This document shows positions 39,092 to 50,197 of a stretch of DNA of 64,000 bases, in pieces; positions within the stretch are counted from its first letter, which is position 1; every line of letters starts with the position of its first letter. The notes below the pieces were generated by a model. The model was not told the DNA's origin. It saw only the letters and a list, made by a program, of their open reading frames with translations, and did not search any database. A program made the translations under genes and the position numbers. Source of the DNA: an uncultured Microthrixaceae bacterium (lineage in GTDB: Bacteria; Actinomycetota; Acidimicrobiia; Acidimicrobiales; DATDAH01); the NCBI GenBank assembly GCA_963845425.1, contig CAWJSC010000005.1, positions 238,246 through 302,245 on the forward strand, given 5' to 3'.

Positions 39092-41074
39092 GTGGTCGCC
39101 CAGCCCGTCCTCGACGTGGTCGGCGACGCCCCCGACGCCTTCATCACCCGGGGCGCGGGCGCCGGCCTGATCGTGGTCTACGCCCTCCTCGTCGGCCTGG
39201 GCCCGCCCCTCGGGCTGTGGCTGCTCGAACAGCCGGCCCGGCTCGGCGGTCGGTGGCTCCGGGACGGGGTGCACGCCGGACTGCTCGGGATGGGCATCGG
39301 CGTGTTCGTCATGGCCGCAGCCAAGGCCGCCCTCGGGGGAGACGCCCGGCCCCGGCTGGTGCTGGTCGGCGTCGCCGTCGCGGTCGGGGCGACCGTCCTC
39401 GTGTTCCGCTCCCGGACCGTGCGGTCGGTCTTCCGCTACCTGGCCCTGGCGCTGCCCGTCTTCCTGGCCCTCTTCCTCTTCGCCTCGCCGGTGAGCGACC
39501 TCGTCGTCGGCGGCGGGGTCGAGCCGGCCGAGGTCGAGGTCCGCAACCCGGCGCCGGTCGTGCTGATCGTCCTCGACGAGCTGCCCCTGCTGTCCCTCCT
39601 CGACGGTGAGGGCGCCGTGGACGCCGCCCGCTTCCCGGCCTTCGCCGCGCTCGCCGCCGAATCGACCTGGTACCGCAACGCCACCACCGTCGCCCCCGTC
39701 ACCCAAGCCGCGGTCCCCGCCGTCCTCACCGGCCAGCTGCCCGAGGACCCCGAGGCCGCACCCGTCGCCACCACCTACGACGAGAGCATCTTCACCCTCC
39801 TGGGCGGCACCTACGACGTGCGGGCGACCGAGTCGCTGACCCGCCTCTGCCCGCCGTCGGTCTGCGCCCCGTCGGCGGGACCCGGCACCGTGGGGACCCT
39901 GCGCTCGCTGGCCCGGGAGAGCGCAGAGGTGTTCGGCGCCGTCGTGTCACCCCGGGTCGACGACGACGAGGCCGACTTCGGCGTCGACCTGGACCAGAGC
40001 GAGGTGGACGAAGCGCTCGGCATCAGCCGGTCCGACGCCCTGGCCCACGAGCCGCTCGGTCCCGGCGCCACCCTCGACGTGACCCACGTCGTCCTGCCGC
40101 ACCAGCCGTGGGTCTACCTGCCGTCGGGGGCCACCTACGCGGCCCCCCATCCCGCCCGGGGGGCCGAGTTCACGGGGTGGTACGACCAGGGGGCCGCCGA
40201 CGAGGCCCGCCAGCGCCACCTCCTCCAGCTGCAGTACGCCGACACCCTGCTGGGCGAGGCGCTCGACCGGCTCCGGGCCGAACCCTGGTGGGACGACGCC
40301 CTCGTGGTGGTCACCGCCGACCACGGGATCAGCTTCACCGACGAGCAGTCCCTGCGGGGCGTCAGCGAGGGCAACGCCCACGAGACGCTGTGGGTCCCGT
40401 TGTTCGTCAAGTATCCCGGCCAGGAGGACGGCGAGGTCGACGACCGCGACGCGGAGACCGTCGACGTCGTCCCGACGGTGGCCGACGTGGTCGGTGCGGA
40501 CCTGCCCTGGTCGGTCGACGGGGTCTCGCTGCTCGCGGCGCCGCAGGACCGCCCGGCCCGGACGGTGGACTGGTCGGGCAACTCGATCGAGGGCGAGGAC
40601 GGTGTGGCCACCGTCGACCGGGACGAGAACTTCGCCCTCGTGCTCGACGCCGAGGGGCCCGCGGCCGGCGCTCCCGCCGACGACCCCGACGCCCTGCTGC
40701 GCCTCGGCCCCTACGGCGCACTGGTCGGCGCCGAGCTGGACCCGGCGTGGGTCGACGCCACCGAGCCAGGCCCGGAGATGACGACCCGGTACTCGGCGGA
40801 CGGCACCGTTCCGCCGGGCGCCACCGAGCTGCCGGCCTTCGTCGAGGGGGAATGGCGAGGGGCCACCTCGGACTGGGTCGCCGTCGTGGTCGACGGCACG
40901 ATCGCCGGCATCGGGCCGGTCCTCGAGGACGGCCAGGGTGGCTGGGTCTTCTGGACGATGGTGGCCGAGCGCCTCGTCGGCCCCGGCGAACACGAGATGG
41001 CGGTCCACCGGCTCACCGGCCCCCCGTCGACCCCCACCCTCCGCCCGTTCCGCCTGGCCGACCAGCCTTCCTGA
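39092..41074 (+). CDS. Membrane-anchored sulfatase / LTA-synthase-like (alkaline-phosphatase superfamily) protein, paralog 1; true start probably upstream
   Basis: N-terminal TM helices, then VVLIVLDELP (metal-binding Asp), TVAPVTQAAVPAVLTG and VVVTADHG motifs. Similarity to paralog 2 extends upstream of the first in-frame start codon (YLAELIGLTAV). Confidence 0.7.
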   Translation: MVAQPVLDVVGDAPDAFITRGAGAGLIVVYALLVGLGPPLGLWLLEQPARLGGRWLRDGVHAGLLGMGIGVFVMAAAKAALGGDARPRLVLVGVAVAVGATVLVFRSRTVRSVFRYLALALPVFLALFLFASPVSDLVVGGGVEPAEVEVRNPAPVVLIVLDELPLLSLLDGEGAVDAARFPAFAALAAESTWYRNATTVAPVTQAAVPAVLTGQLPEDPEAAPVATTYDESIFTLLGGTYDVRATESLTRLCPPSVCAPSAGPGTVGTLRSLARESAEVFGAVVSPRVDDDEADFGVDLDQSEVDEALGISRSDALAHEPLGPGATLDVTHVVLPHQPWVYLPSGATYAAPHPARGAEFTGWYDQGAADEARQRHLLQLQYADTLLGEALDRLRAEPWWDDALVVVTADHGISFTDEQSLRGVSEGNAHETLWVPLFVKYPGQEDGEVDDRDAETVDVVPTVADVVGADLPWSVDGVSLLAAPQDRPARTVDWSGNSIEGEDGVATVDRDENFALVLDAEGPAAGAPADDPDALLRLGPYGALVGAELDPAWVDATEPGPEMTTRYSADGTVPPGATELPAFVEGEWRGATSDWVAVVVDGTIAGIGPVLEDGQGGWVFWTMVAERLVGPGEHEMAVHRLTGPPSTPTLRPFRLADQPS

Positions 41075-41097
41075 CCCCCCCAATCTCTACGGACCGG

Positions 41098-43727
41098 TCA
41101 GTCGGTGAGGTGGAGGGTGGCGATCTGGTGGGGGGCGAGCGTGACGGTCTGCTCGAAGGGGGCGACGGGGCGGCCGCGGAGGTCGACCAGCCAGCCCCGA
41201 CGGCCGTCGACGGTGACGGTGACCTCGTCGTCGGTCGGGTTGAAGACCCGAACGTGGAGCGACCCGCCGTCGCGGTACAGGGCAGACACCTCGGCGCCGG
41301 AGACCGACAGGTGCTGACCGTCGCCGGGGACGGTGCCCGAGGCCGGCGCCGGTCGCCACCTGCAGGGGGACAAAGGCGGACTCGACCAGCTCGTAGGGGT
41401 CGCGGTCGCCGCACCCGCACGGCGTAGCGGAAGGTCTGGCGGCCCTGCTGCTGGGCGCCCTCCAGCGGGATCTCGGGGCCGGCGGGCAGCGGCCGGGTCG
41501 TCATCGGGCCCTGGCTGAGCATCCCCGTGCAGCGGAGCAGGGTCAGGGCGAGCAGGTGCGACCGGCCGTCGGCGATGTCGCACAGCTCGTACTCCAGCAG
41601 GCCCTCGTGGGCGACGGTCAGGCCGCCGGCCCGCACGAAGCGGCGGGACGGGAAGGTGCTCATCGGCCGCTCGGTCGGCCCGCCCTCGGCGTCCAGCCCT
41701 CGGCGCACGACCGTGAAGGCGCATTCCGCCTCGGAGTGGTCCGTGGGTGACGGCAGCGGGAAGCCGACCCGCATCCGGTGGTCCCGGGCCTGGTTGTCGA
41801 CCGTGGTGGTGACCCGCACGAAGTCCTCACCGGCCCGTAGCTCGATGACGGTCTGCACCGCCAGGTCGACCTCGCCGACCCGGGTCTGGTCCTCGATGTG
41901 GTGGGGCAGCCGGTAGACGGCGTCGACCGCCACCCGGGCCCGTACCGGCCCGGTCTCGACGCTGGCCACCGACACGGACGCGGGTCCGCCCACGAACACG
42001 TCGTTGTCGGGTGGCGACCAGTTGTAGGTGTCGCCCGCGTCCCCGTCGTCGACGATGTGGCCGAGGCCGCTGTGGCCGTCGATCGAGAACGTCCCGTCGG
42101 ACGGATCGACCTCGACGGTGATCAGCCCGTTGACCAGCGTCGTGCCGTCGACGGTGACGGCCGCCGACCCGCTGGAGCGGGTGGGGTCCCACTGTTGCCA
42201 GCCGTAGCCGGGGACCGAGTCGACCCGGGCCAGCGCCCGGCGGCGGGGCGGCCCCTGACGCTCGACCCGGACCAGGCCGGTCGGATGCTCCCGGGCGTGG
42301 TCGGACAGCGTGGCCAGCACGGCGGTCGTGTTCTCCGGTGGGGCGTCCATCAGCCGCTCGCCCTCCCGCAGGAGGACCTCGGCCCGGTCGCCGTGCACCG
42401 CCAGCTCCAGCTCGACGAGGGCCGGGTGCAGGAAGATCTCCCGCTCCACCACGAGCACGGCGTCGGCGGCGGCGATCTCGTGCAGGACCTCCTCGGCCGG
42501 CGTCTCCGACAGCAGTTGCAGCCCCTCGGCCGCTCCGGACCCCGGCAGGTCCAGTACGACCACGCCGCCCCGGGTGCGGGCGGACGGGTTGACCACGACG
42601 GCACCGACGACGGCCAAGGACGAGCCGAAGCGCTCCAGCGTCCGGTCCACCACGCCTTTGCCGATGTGGCGGGCCTCGGCGAAGCGGTGGACGACGGCAG
42701 CCACCACGTCGTCGTGGGAGCAGGCGCAGATCGAGTCGTGGGCCGAGTTGCGGATGACTTCGAGCCAGGCCAGGTCCAGGACGCGCTCGGGCCACTCGGC
42801 CGACGGGGTGAACAGGGCGGCCAGCGGCTCGGCCAACTGCTCCAGAGTGCGCTCGGTCACGGCGGCGGCCGCCTTCACGTCGGTGCGGTTGGAGGCCACG
42901 CCCATCAGCAGGTTGGCCCGGGCCCCGGACCGCAGCTCGCCCGTCCACTCCGGAAGCCCCGACGTCGGCGCCGAGGCCACGTGCTCGGCCAACGAGCGGA
43001 TGACCAGCTCGTAGTCGTCCTGCAGGTCGTTGGCCTCCAGCACGACCCGGCCCAGCCACGGCCGCGGCGTCTGGTGGTCGGTGCCGACCATCCAGAGCAC
43101 CGGCCCGTCCAGCAGGGCGTCATGGGTGGTCACGAACCCGTCGACCAGGTGCAGCAGGGCCTTGGCGTCGTCGGGCACGCGGGCCCCGTTGCCGTAGCCC
43201 TCGGGCAGGTACTCGGCCCGGATCGTGGTCCCATCCGGCGCCGTCCACCAGAAACCGCTGCGGTCCACCGCCGACGGCACGCCCCGCCACACGACGGTGT
43301 GGGCGAAGCCGAACTGGTCGAGCAACTGGGGCATCTGGGCGACGTGGCCGAACATGTCGGGCAGGTAGCCGACGTCCATGGCCCCGCCGAAGGCCGCCGC
43401 TCGGCGCAGGCCCAGCTGCAGGTTGCGCACGAGGGTCTCGCCCGACACCAGGAACTCGTCGGGCAGGGCGTACCAGGGACCCATGGCCAGGCGCCCGGAG
43501 GTGGCCAGCGCCCGCAACCGGGTCTCGGCCTCGGGGCGGATCTCCAGGTAGTCGTCGACCACCGCCATCTGGCCGTCGAGCAGGAAGTGGCGGAACGACG
43601 GGTCGGCCTCGAGGTGGTCGAGGAGGTCGTCGAGCAGGTCGACCAGCCGCAGCCGGAACCGCTGGAACGGGTCGTACCACTCCCGGTCCCAGTGCGTGTG
43701 GGGGACGACCGACACCGTGCGGGCCAT
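41098..43727 (-). pseudogene. GH38 alpha-mannosidase with two frame breaks near the C-terminus (about 41412 and about 41348)
   Basis: VVPHTHWDREWY, FLLDGQ, GPWYALPDEFL and GYLPDMFGH are GH38 signatures. The C-terminal beta domain continues in other frames (GDRDPYELVESAFVPLQV / TVPGDGQHLSVSGAEV...VRVFNPTDDEVTVTVDG). Confidence 0.8.
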
Positions 43728-43880
43728 GGCCCCGAGGCTACGGGCCTGGACCTGCCGGCACGGCCGCCGACGGCCGAGTGACGCGACGGCGCGGAGCGCA
43801 GTCGCATCCGGGGGTCTTCCTGATCGACGGAGCGGAGGCGAAGCACGGTGATGAACGCGGTCTGACTACCGTCTGAATGA

Positions 43881-45942
43881 ATGGAGAAGGGCGACGGTGT
43901 CGGTTGGCGCCGCGAGGGCAGGTACCTGCTCGAGCTGATCGGCGTCACGGCAGTGACCGTGGCCCAGCCGGTCTTCAACGTCATCCAGCAGGCACCCGAG
44001 GAGCTGGTCTCATTGCGGGCCGGGCCGACCGAGATCGTGGCCTACGCCGTTCTGCTGGTCCTCGGCCCTCCCCTCGTGCTCTGGCTGATCGAGCAGCCGT
44101 TCCGGCTCCTCGGCCCGACCGTGCGGGGCGGTGTCCACGCCGGGATCCTCGGCTTCGGCGTCGGCCTCTTCGTCATCGAGATCGTCAAGTCCGGGCTGCT
44201 CGACGCCGAGGGTCGGACCTGGCTGCTTTTCGTCGGCTTCGCGGTCGCCGCCGGGGCGACCTGGGCGTTCCTGCGGACGGAGAAGGCCCGCGTCGGTCGT
44301 GCGCTACCTCGCCCTGGCGGCGCCGGTGTTCCTCGGCATGTTCCTCCTCGCTTCGCCGGTGGCGGACCTCGTCGTGTCCGGCGGTGTCGATCCCGTCGAC
44401 GCCGAGGTGGCCGAACCCGTCCCGGTCGTGGTGATCGCCTTCGACGAGTTCCCCGTGATGTCGCTCCTCGACGGGGAGGGGGGCATCGATGCCGACGCCT
44501 ATCCGGCCTTCGGCGCCCTCGCCGCGGAGTCCACCTGGTTCCGCAACAACACCGGGGTCTCGCCGCTGACGCCGTCGGCCCTGCCGGCCATCCTCACCGG
44601 CCAGCTGCCGGATGAGCTCTTCCCGGCGCCGGTCGCGGCGAAGTTCGACGAGAGCCTGTTCACCCTCCTCGGCGGTACCTACGACATCGACGCCGTCGAG
44701 AACCTGACCGAGTTGTGCCCCCCGGGCATCTGTGACGAGCGGGACCGCCCGTCGCGATCGAGCATCATGCGCACCCTGTTCGACCAGGCGACCACGGTGT
44801 TCGAGGGGGTGGCCGAGCCCTGGTCCGACCAGGCTCCGGTCGGCTTCGTCATCGACCGGGCCCCGTCCGACGCCGAGGCCCCCGCCCGGCTGCGGGCCTT
44901 CGGCCGGGAGGCCGTGCCCGGCGACCGGCCGACGCTGGACTTCGGCCACTTCCTCCTGCCCCACCAGCCCTGGGACTGGTTGGCCTCGGGCCGGACCTAC
45001 GAGGCGCCCGACCCGCCCCGCTCCGCGGAGTTCGGGGACTGGCACGACGACACCACGGCCGCCCTCGGTCGTCAGCGTCACCTCGTCCAACTCGAGTACA
45101 CCGATGCCCTCCTGGGCCAGGCCCTGAACGACCTCCGGGACAACGGCCTCTACGACGACGCCCTGGTGATCGTGACGGCCGACCACGGGGTCGGCTTCGT
45201 CGGCGGCTCGCCGCTGCGGGCGGTGTCGGAGGAGAACCACGAGCAGATCCTCTGGACCCCCATGTTCGTCAAGCTCCCCGGCCAGACCGAGGGCGAGGTC
45301 GACGACCGCCCGACCGAGACGATCGACGTCGTGCCGACCATCGCCGACGTGCTGGGCGTCGAGATCCCGTGGGAGGTCGACGGCATCTCGATGTTCGACG
45401 ACGACGCCGACCGGTCGGACAAGTCGGCCCGGATGATCGACTGGCGCTTCAACACCGTCGAGCCGAACGAGGACGGCTACGTCGAGTTCGACCGGGCCGA
45501 GGGCCTCGCCGTGGTGCTCGAGGGTTCGACGCCGATGGCCGGCCACGGCGACGACCCCGACGCGGTGCTCCGCATCGGCGAGTACGACGCCCTCGTGGGC
45601 ACGCCGGTGGCCCAGGCCGCCGAGGGCCCCGTCGCCGACTTCGCCGTGACGACCTACTCCCGTCCCACCTTCACCGTGGCCGAAGGGGCGACCGGTCTGC
45701 CCGCCTACGTGGAGGGCATCTGGGTCGAGGAGCCCGAGCCGTGGATCGCGGTCTCCGTGGACGGGACGGTGGCCGGGATCGCGCCGACCTACCGCCAGGG
45801 CCAGTTCGCCACCTTCTGGGCATTGCTCGCCGAGCGCCTGCTCACCCCGGGTGAGCACGACCTCGGCTTCCACGTCGTGAGCGGACCGCCGACGAACCCC
45901 TCGCTCTCCCCGCCGCTCGAGATGGCGCCGCGCCAGAACTGA
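43881..45942 (+). pseudogene. Membrane-anchored sulfatase / LTA-synthase-like protein, paralog 2, with one frame break (about 44295)
   Basis: Collinear with paralog 1: LLELIGVTAVTVAQPVF, VVVIAFDEFP, GVSPLTPSALPAILTG, IVTADHG, VDVVPTIADVLG. The N-terminal TM region is in a different frame from the rest. Confidence 0.7.
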
Positions 45943-45973
45943 CCGGTCCGGTCGCGGTGGCTACGGTCGCGGC

Positions 45974-46276
45974 ATGCCGATCTTCGTGATGCTCTCCACG
46001 ATCGGGCCGGACGGGTTCCACAAGCTCAACACCCAGCCCGAGCGGCTCCGCGAGGTCAACGACGACGTCGAGGCGCTGGGCGTGACGATCTTGCACCAGT
46101 ACGCCCTGCTCGGCCAGTACGACTTCCTGAACATCATCGACGCCCCCGACGACGTCACCGTGGCCAAGCTGGCCACCCGCCTGGCGGCCCGAGGGACCAT
46201 GAAGACCACGACCATCAAGGCCATCGACGTGGACGAGTACATCGCCGCCATGGCCGAGGATCCCGACCCCCTGTAG
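45974..46276 (+). CDS. GYD domain protein
   Basis: 100 aa. MPIFVMLST...LLGQYDFLNIIDAPDD matches the GYD family pattern. Confidence 0.7.
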   Translation: MPIFVMLSTIGPDGFHKLNTQPERLREVNDDVEALGVTILHQYALLGQYDFLNIIDAPDDVTVAKLATRLAARGTMKTTTIKAIDVDEYIAAMAEDPDPL

Positions 46277-46300
46277 GGCGGTCGGCACAGGAGCGCGGAG

Positions 46301-47047
46301 GTGTTGGCGACCAGGGGGCTGACCGTCACGTTCGGGGGGCTGCACGCGGTCCACGACGTGGACCTGGAGGTGGCCGAGGGCGAGTTCGTGGGCCTCATCG
46401 GGCCCAACGGTGCGGGCAAGACGACCCTGATCGACGCCGTCACCGGGTTCGTGCCGCTCTCCGGGGGCTCCGCGCACTTCGCCGGTGACGAGATCACCGA
46501 CCTGCCGCCGGCCGAGCGGGCCCGTCGGGGGCTCGTCCGTACCTTCCAGAGCCTGGAGCTGTTCGAGGACCTGTCCGTGGTCGACAACCTGCGGGTGGCG
46601 GCCACCCCGGCCAAGTGGTGGGACCCCCTGGCCGACGCCGTCCGCCCCCGGCGCGGCAACGAGCGGTTCGAGCAGGTGACGTGGGCTCTGGAGGTGGTGG
46701 GCCTCGGCGACGCCGCCTCGGCCAAGCCCAGTGACCTGAGCCACGGCCAGCGCAAGCTGGTGGCGGTGGCCCGGGCCCTCGCCGGCCGGCCCCGCCTCGT
46801 CCTCCTGGACGAGCCTGCCGCCGGTCTCGACACCGACGAGACCATGGCCCTCGGCGAGCACCTGCGCACCCTGCCCGAGCACGGAGTCAGCGTCCTGCTC
46901 GTCGACCATGACATGGGCCTCGTGCTCGGCATCTGTGACCGGGTCGTGGTCCTCGACGTCGGCTCGGTCATCGCCGACGGCACGCCCGAGGAGATCCGGG
47001 GCGACGAGCAGGTCGTCGACGCCTACCTGGGCGCCGCCCCGTCGTGA
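46301..47047 (+). CDS. livG: Branched-chain amino acid-type ABC transporter ATP-binding protein (LivG-like)
   Basis: Walker A GPNGAGKTT, LSHGQRKLVAVARAL, Walker B LLDEPAAGL, HDMGLV. Confidence 0.85.
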   Translation: MLATRGLTVTFGGLHAVHDVDLEVAEGEFVGLIGPNGAGKTTLIDAVTGFVPLSGGSAHFAGDEITDLPPAERARRGLVRTFQSLELFEDLSVVDNLRVAATPAKWWDPLADAVRPRRGNERFEQVTWALEVVGLGDAASAKPSDLSHGQRKLVAVARALAGRPRLVLLDEPAAGLDTDETMALGEHLRTLPEHGVSVLLVDHDMGLVLGICDRVVVLDVGSVIADGTPEEIRGDEQVVDAYLGAAPS

Positions 47048-47748
47048 GCACGGTGCTCGAGATCCACGGCCTGGTGGCCGGGTACGAGGGCGTCCCGGTC
47101 GTGCGGGGCCTCGACCTGACGGTGGTCGAGGGTGAGGTGGTGGCGCTGCTCGGGCCCAACGGAGCGGGCAAGACGACGACGCTGCAGACGATCTCCGGCC
47201 TGCTGCCGATCATCGACGGGACGGTCGAGGTCCTGGGGGGCCCACCGTCGGCCCGCTCGCCCCACAAGGTCGCCCGGCGGGGTGTGGGTCACGTCACCGA
47301 GGACCGATCGCTGTTCTTCGCACTGACCGCCCGCCAGAACCTCCGTCTCGGGGTGCGGGGCCGGCGCCGTCAGCGGCTGGCCCTGGAGCGGGTACTGGGT
47401 CTCTTCCCGGAACTGGAGGCACTGCTCGACCGCAAGGCCGGCCTGCTGTCCGGCGGCCAGCAGCAGATGCTGGCGCTGGCGCGGGCCCTGGTGGCCGAGC
47501 CCCGGCTCCTGCTGGTGGACGAGATGAGCCTCGGCCTCGCTCCGATCATCGTCCAGCGCCTGCTGCCGATGGTCCGCTCGATCGCCGATGAGACCGGGGC
47601 CGGCGTCGTGCTGGTGGAGCAGCACCTGTCCATGGCGCTGGCCGTGGCCGACACCGCCTGCATCCTCGTCCACGGCGAGGTCGCCGCCCACGGCCCCGCC
47701 GCTGACCTCCGCGACCGCGACCTCCTGGCCGAGGCCTACCTCGGCTGA
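47044..47748 (+). CDS. livF: Branched-chain amino acid-type ABC transporter ATP-binding protein (LivF-like)
   Basis: GPNGAGKTTT, LSGGQQQMLALARAL, LLVDEMSLGLAP. 4-nt overlap with livG. Confidence 0.85.
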   Translation: MSTVLEIHGLVAGYEGVPVVRGLDLTVVEGEVVALLGPNGAGKTTTLQTISGLLPIIDGTVEVLGGPPSARSPHKVARRGVGHVTEDRSLFFALTARQNLRLGVRGRRRQRLALERVLGLFPELEALLDRKAGLLSGGQQQMLALARALVAEPRLLLVDEMSLGLAPIIVQRLLPMVRSIADETGAGVVLVEQHLSMALAVADTACILVHGEVAAHGPAADLRDRDLLAEAYLG

Positions 47749-47775
47749 CGGAGTTGCTGAGCGGAGCGAAGCCAC

Positions 47776-48537
47776 TCAAATGTTGACGACGAGCTTGCCG
47801 CGGGCTTGGCCGTCGATGAGGTGGCGCATGGCGGTGGCGGCCTCGGCCAGGGGGTAGATCCCGCCGACGGCCGGGGTGACCTGACCGGACTCGATCAGCT
47901 CGCGGAGGGCGACCAGGTCCTCGCCCTTCTCCAGGGAGGCGACCTGGCCCAGGGTCTGGCGCACGAAGGGGGAGAGCAGGCCGGCCCGGAGCTGGCGGTC
48001 GAAGCCCCCGAGCCAGCGGCCGTCGGTCTCGCCGCCGACGATGAGCAGACGACCCTTCGGCGTCAGGGCGCGGCGCAGTTCGCCCAGTGTCCGGTTGCCG
48101 CCGATGTCGATGACGACGTCGTAGGGGCCGTCGTCGGCGTAGTCCCGCTGGGTGTAGTCCACAACGTGATCGGCCCCCAGGTCCTGGACGAGATCGACCT
48201 TGGTCGTGCTGCACACGCCCGTGACCTCCGCGCCGGCGGCCTTGGCGATCTGCACGACGAAGCTGCCCACGCCGCCGGACGCGCCCAGGACCGCCACGGA
48301 CTGACCGGCCTGGACCTTGGCCTTGCGCACGGCCGGAACTCGGCGAGGAGCCGCTCGGGGTGGTCGCCCAGAGGCTCCGTAGACGGAGCGAAGCCGGCGC
48401 CCGGGCACCCGCACCTTCGGCCGCCGGAGGCCGGAGGCCAGGCGGGCCAAGAGGGGAGGGGAAGCAGGTCCCCCCACGGCGGCGGGAGGGGGGGGGCCGT
48501 ACTCGTCCTGGACGACCGCGGTCATCGTGTCCTGCAT
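47776..48537 (-). pseudogene. Zinc-type/MDR NADPH:quinone oxidoreductase remnant (N-terminal catalytic domain collapsed)
   Basis: Intact Rossmann half: KAKVQAGQSVAVLGASGGVGSFVVQIAKAAGAEVTG...GKLVVNI. The N-terminus MTAVVQDEYGPP is followed by only about 55 scrambled residues, whereas an MDR catalytic domain normally occupies this position. A G9 run lies at 48488-48496. Confidence 0.55.
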
Positions 48538-48591
48538 CAGGCGTTCCTAGCCGGATTCCGGCCTCGCCGGGGGCCAGATCCCGGGAACGCC

Positions 48592-50151
48592 TCAGATGGA
48601 GCGGCCGGTGCCTTCCCAGTAGGGGGCGCGGAGGTCGCGCTTGAGGAGCTTTCCCGCCTCGGAGCGAGGGAGGGCCTCGGTCCAGTCGATGGTCTTCGGT
48701 CGCTTGTAGCCGGCCAGCTTGTCCCGGCTGAGGGTGATCAGCTCCTCGGCCAGCACCTCGGACGGCTCGGTCCCCTCGACCAGTTGGACGACGGCCTTCA
48801 CCTGCTCGCCGAACTCCTCGTCGGGGACCCCGATCACGGCCACATCGGCCACGGCGGGGTGGCCAGCCAGGACCGTCTCGATCTCGGCGGGGTAGATGTT
48901 GACCCCACCCGAGATGATCATGTCGATCTTGCGGTCCGACAGCCAGAGATAGCCCTCGTCGTCGATGTAGCCGATGTCCCCGGTCGTGAAGACGCCCGGC
49001 TCCCGATGGGCGGCGGCGGTCTTGTCGGGGTCGTTGTGGTACTCGAAGTCCATTCCCATCAGACTGCGGAACCACAAGGTCCCGGCTTGGCCGGGGGGGA
49101 CGGGCTCATCGTCCTCGCCGATGACCATGACCTCCATCGTCGGCAGCGGCCTGCCGACCGACCCCCCCTTGGCCAGCCACTCCTCGCCGGAGATGCGGGA
49201 GATGAACGAGCCCTCGGTGGAGCCGTAGTACTCGTGGACCTTGGGCCCCAGCCAGTCGAGCATGGCCCGCTTCCAGGGCGCGGGGCAGGGCGCGGCGCCG
49301 TGCCAGACGGCTTCGAGGCTGGAGCCGTCCAGCTGGTCCCGGACGGCCTCGGGCAGGTCGAGCAGGCGCTTGAACTGCACCGGCACCAGGTGGACGTTGG
49401 TGATGCCGGCGTCGTCGATGAGGCGCACGGTCTCGGCCGGGTCGAAGCGTTGGCGCATGACCACCGAGGAACCGCTCACCATCGGCAGGAAGCCGAAGGC
49501 CCATTGGGCCGAGTGGTACACGGGACCGGCCAGCAGCGTCCGACCGGGGGTCGGGACGTACTCACTGACCGCCCCGGCGACCAGTTGCAGGACCTCGCTG
49601 GGGACGCTCTCGCCGCCCGAGAGCATCCCCCGCACGCCCTTAGGCCGGCCCGTGGTGCCCGAGGTGTAGAACATCGGCCCGCCCATGACGGCCTCGTCGG
49701 GCTCGTCGGACGACGCCCCGGCCAGGGCGACTTCGTAGCTGTGCAGCCGGGCGTGGTCGGTGTCGCCGGTGACGAGGGCCAGCTCGACGGACCCGGCCCG
49801 GGGATCGCCGAGGGCGGCGTCGACCACGTCGAGGAAGCGCTCGTCGACGATCACGGCCCGACAGGCGGCGTCCTCGATCACGTAGGCCAGCTCGTCGGCG
49901 GTCCAGTGCCAGTTGACCGGCACGTAGGTGACGCCCGTGTGGGCCGCCGCCCAGAACGCCTCGAAGGCCTCCCGGCGGTTGCCCATCATCAGCGCGAAAG
50001 TGTCCCCGGGCACCAAGCCGGCCTCACGAAGGACGTTGCCCAGCCGGGCGACCCGGTCGGCCAGTTCGGCCCAGGTGCACTCGCCCCGGTCGTCAGCCAG
50101 GGCGAGCTCGTCGCCCTTCTCGGCGACGAATCCGTCGAGCAGCTTCGGCAT
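48592..50151 (-). CDS. Acyl-CoA synthetase (AMP-forming, FadD-like)
   Basis: AMP-binding motif [50 protein letters not shown]-terminal KRPKTIDW...[12 protein letters not shown]. Confidence 0.85.
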   Translation of the reverse strand: MPKLLDGFVAEKGDELALADDRGECTWAELADRVARLGNVLREAGLVPGDTFALMMGNRREAFEAFWAAAHTGVTYVPVNWHWTADELAYVIEDAACRAVIVDERFLDVVDAALGDPRAGSVELALVTGDTDHARLHSYEVALAGASSDEPDEAVMGGPMFYTSGTTGRPKGVRGMLSGGESVPSEVLQLVAGAVSEYVPTPGRTLLAGPVYHSAQWAFGFLPMVSGSSVVMRQRFDPAETVRLIDDAGITNVHLVPVQFKRLLDLPEAVRDQLDGSSLEAVWHGAAPCPAPWKRAMLDWLGPKVHEYYGSTEGSFISRISGEEWLAKGGSVGRPLPTMEVMVIGEDDEPVPPGQAGTLWFRSLMGMDFEYHNDPDKTAAAHREPGVFTTGDIGYIDDEGYLWLSDRKIDMIISGGVNIYPAEIETVLAGHPAVADVAVIGVPDEEFGEQVKAVVQLVEGTEPSEVLAEELITLSRDKLAGYKRPKTIDWTEALPRSEAGKLLKRDLRAPYWEGTGRSI

Positions 50152-50197
50152 GTGGTCCCCCTCGGATGTGGCTGGTCCGTGCCGCGATGCTGTCCGG

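Noticed and set aside
45925-45942. Additional half-sites of the palindromic element (GCGCCAGAAC at the end of the sulfatase paralog; also CGCCAGAAC at about 47328 in livF and GGCCAGAAC at about 3496)
   Set aside because: No partner arm lies within 60 nt. The livF and 3496 instances sit in conserved coding sequence. They were not counted as copies.
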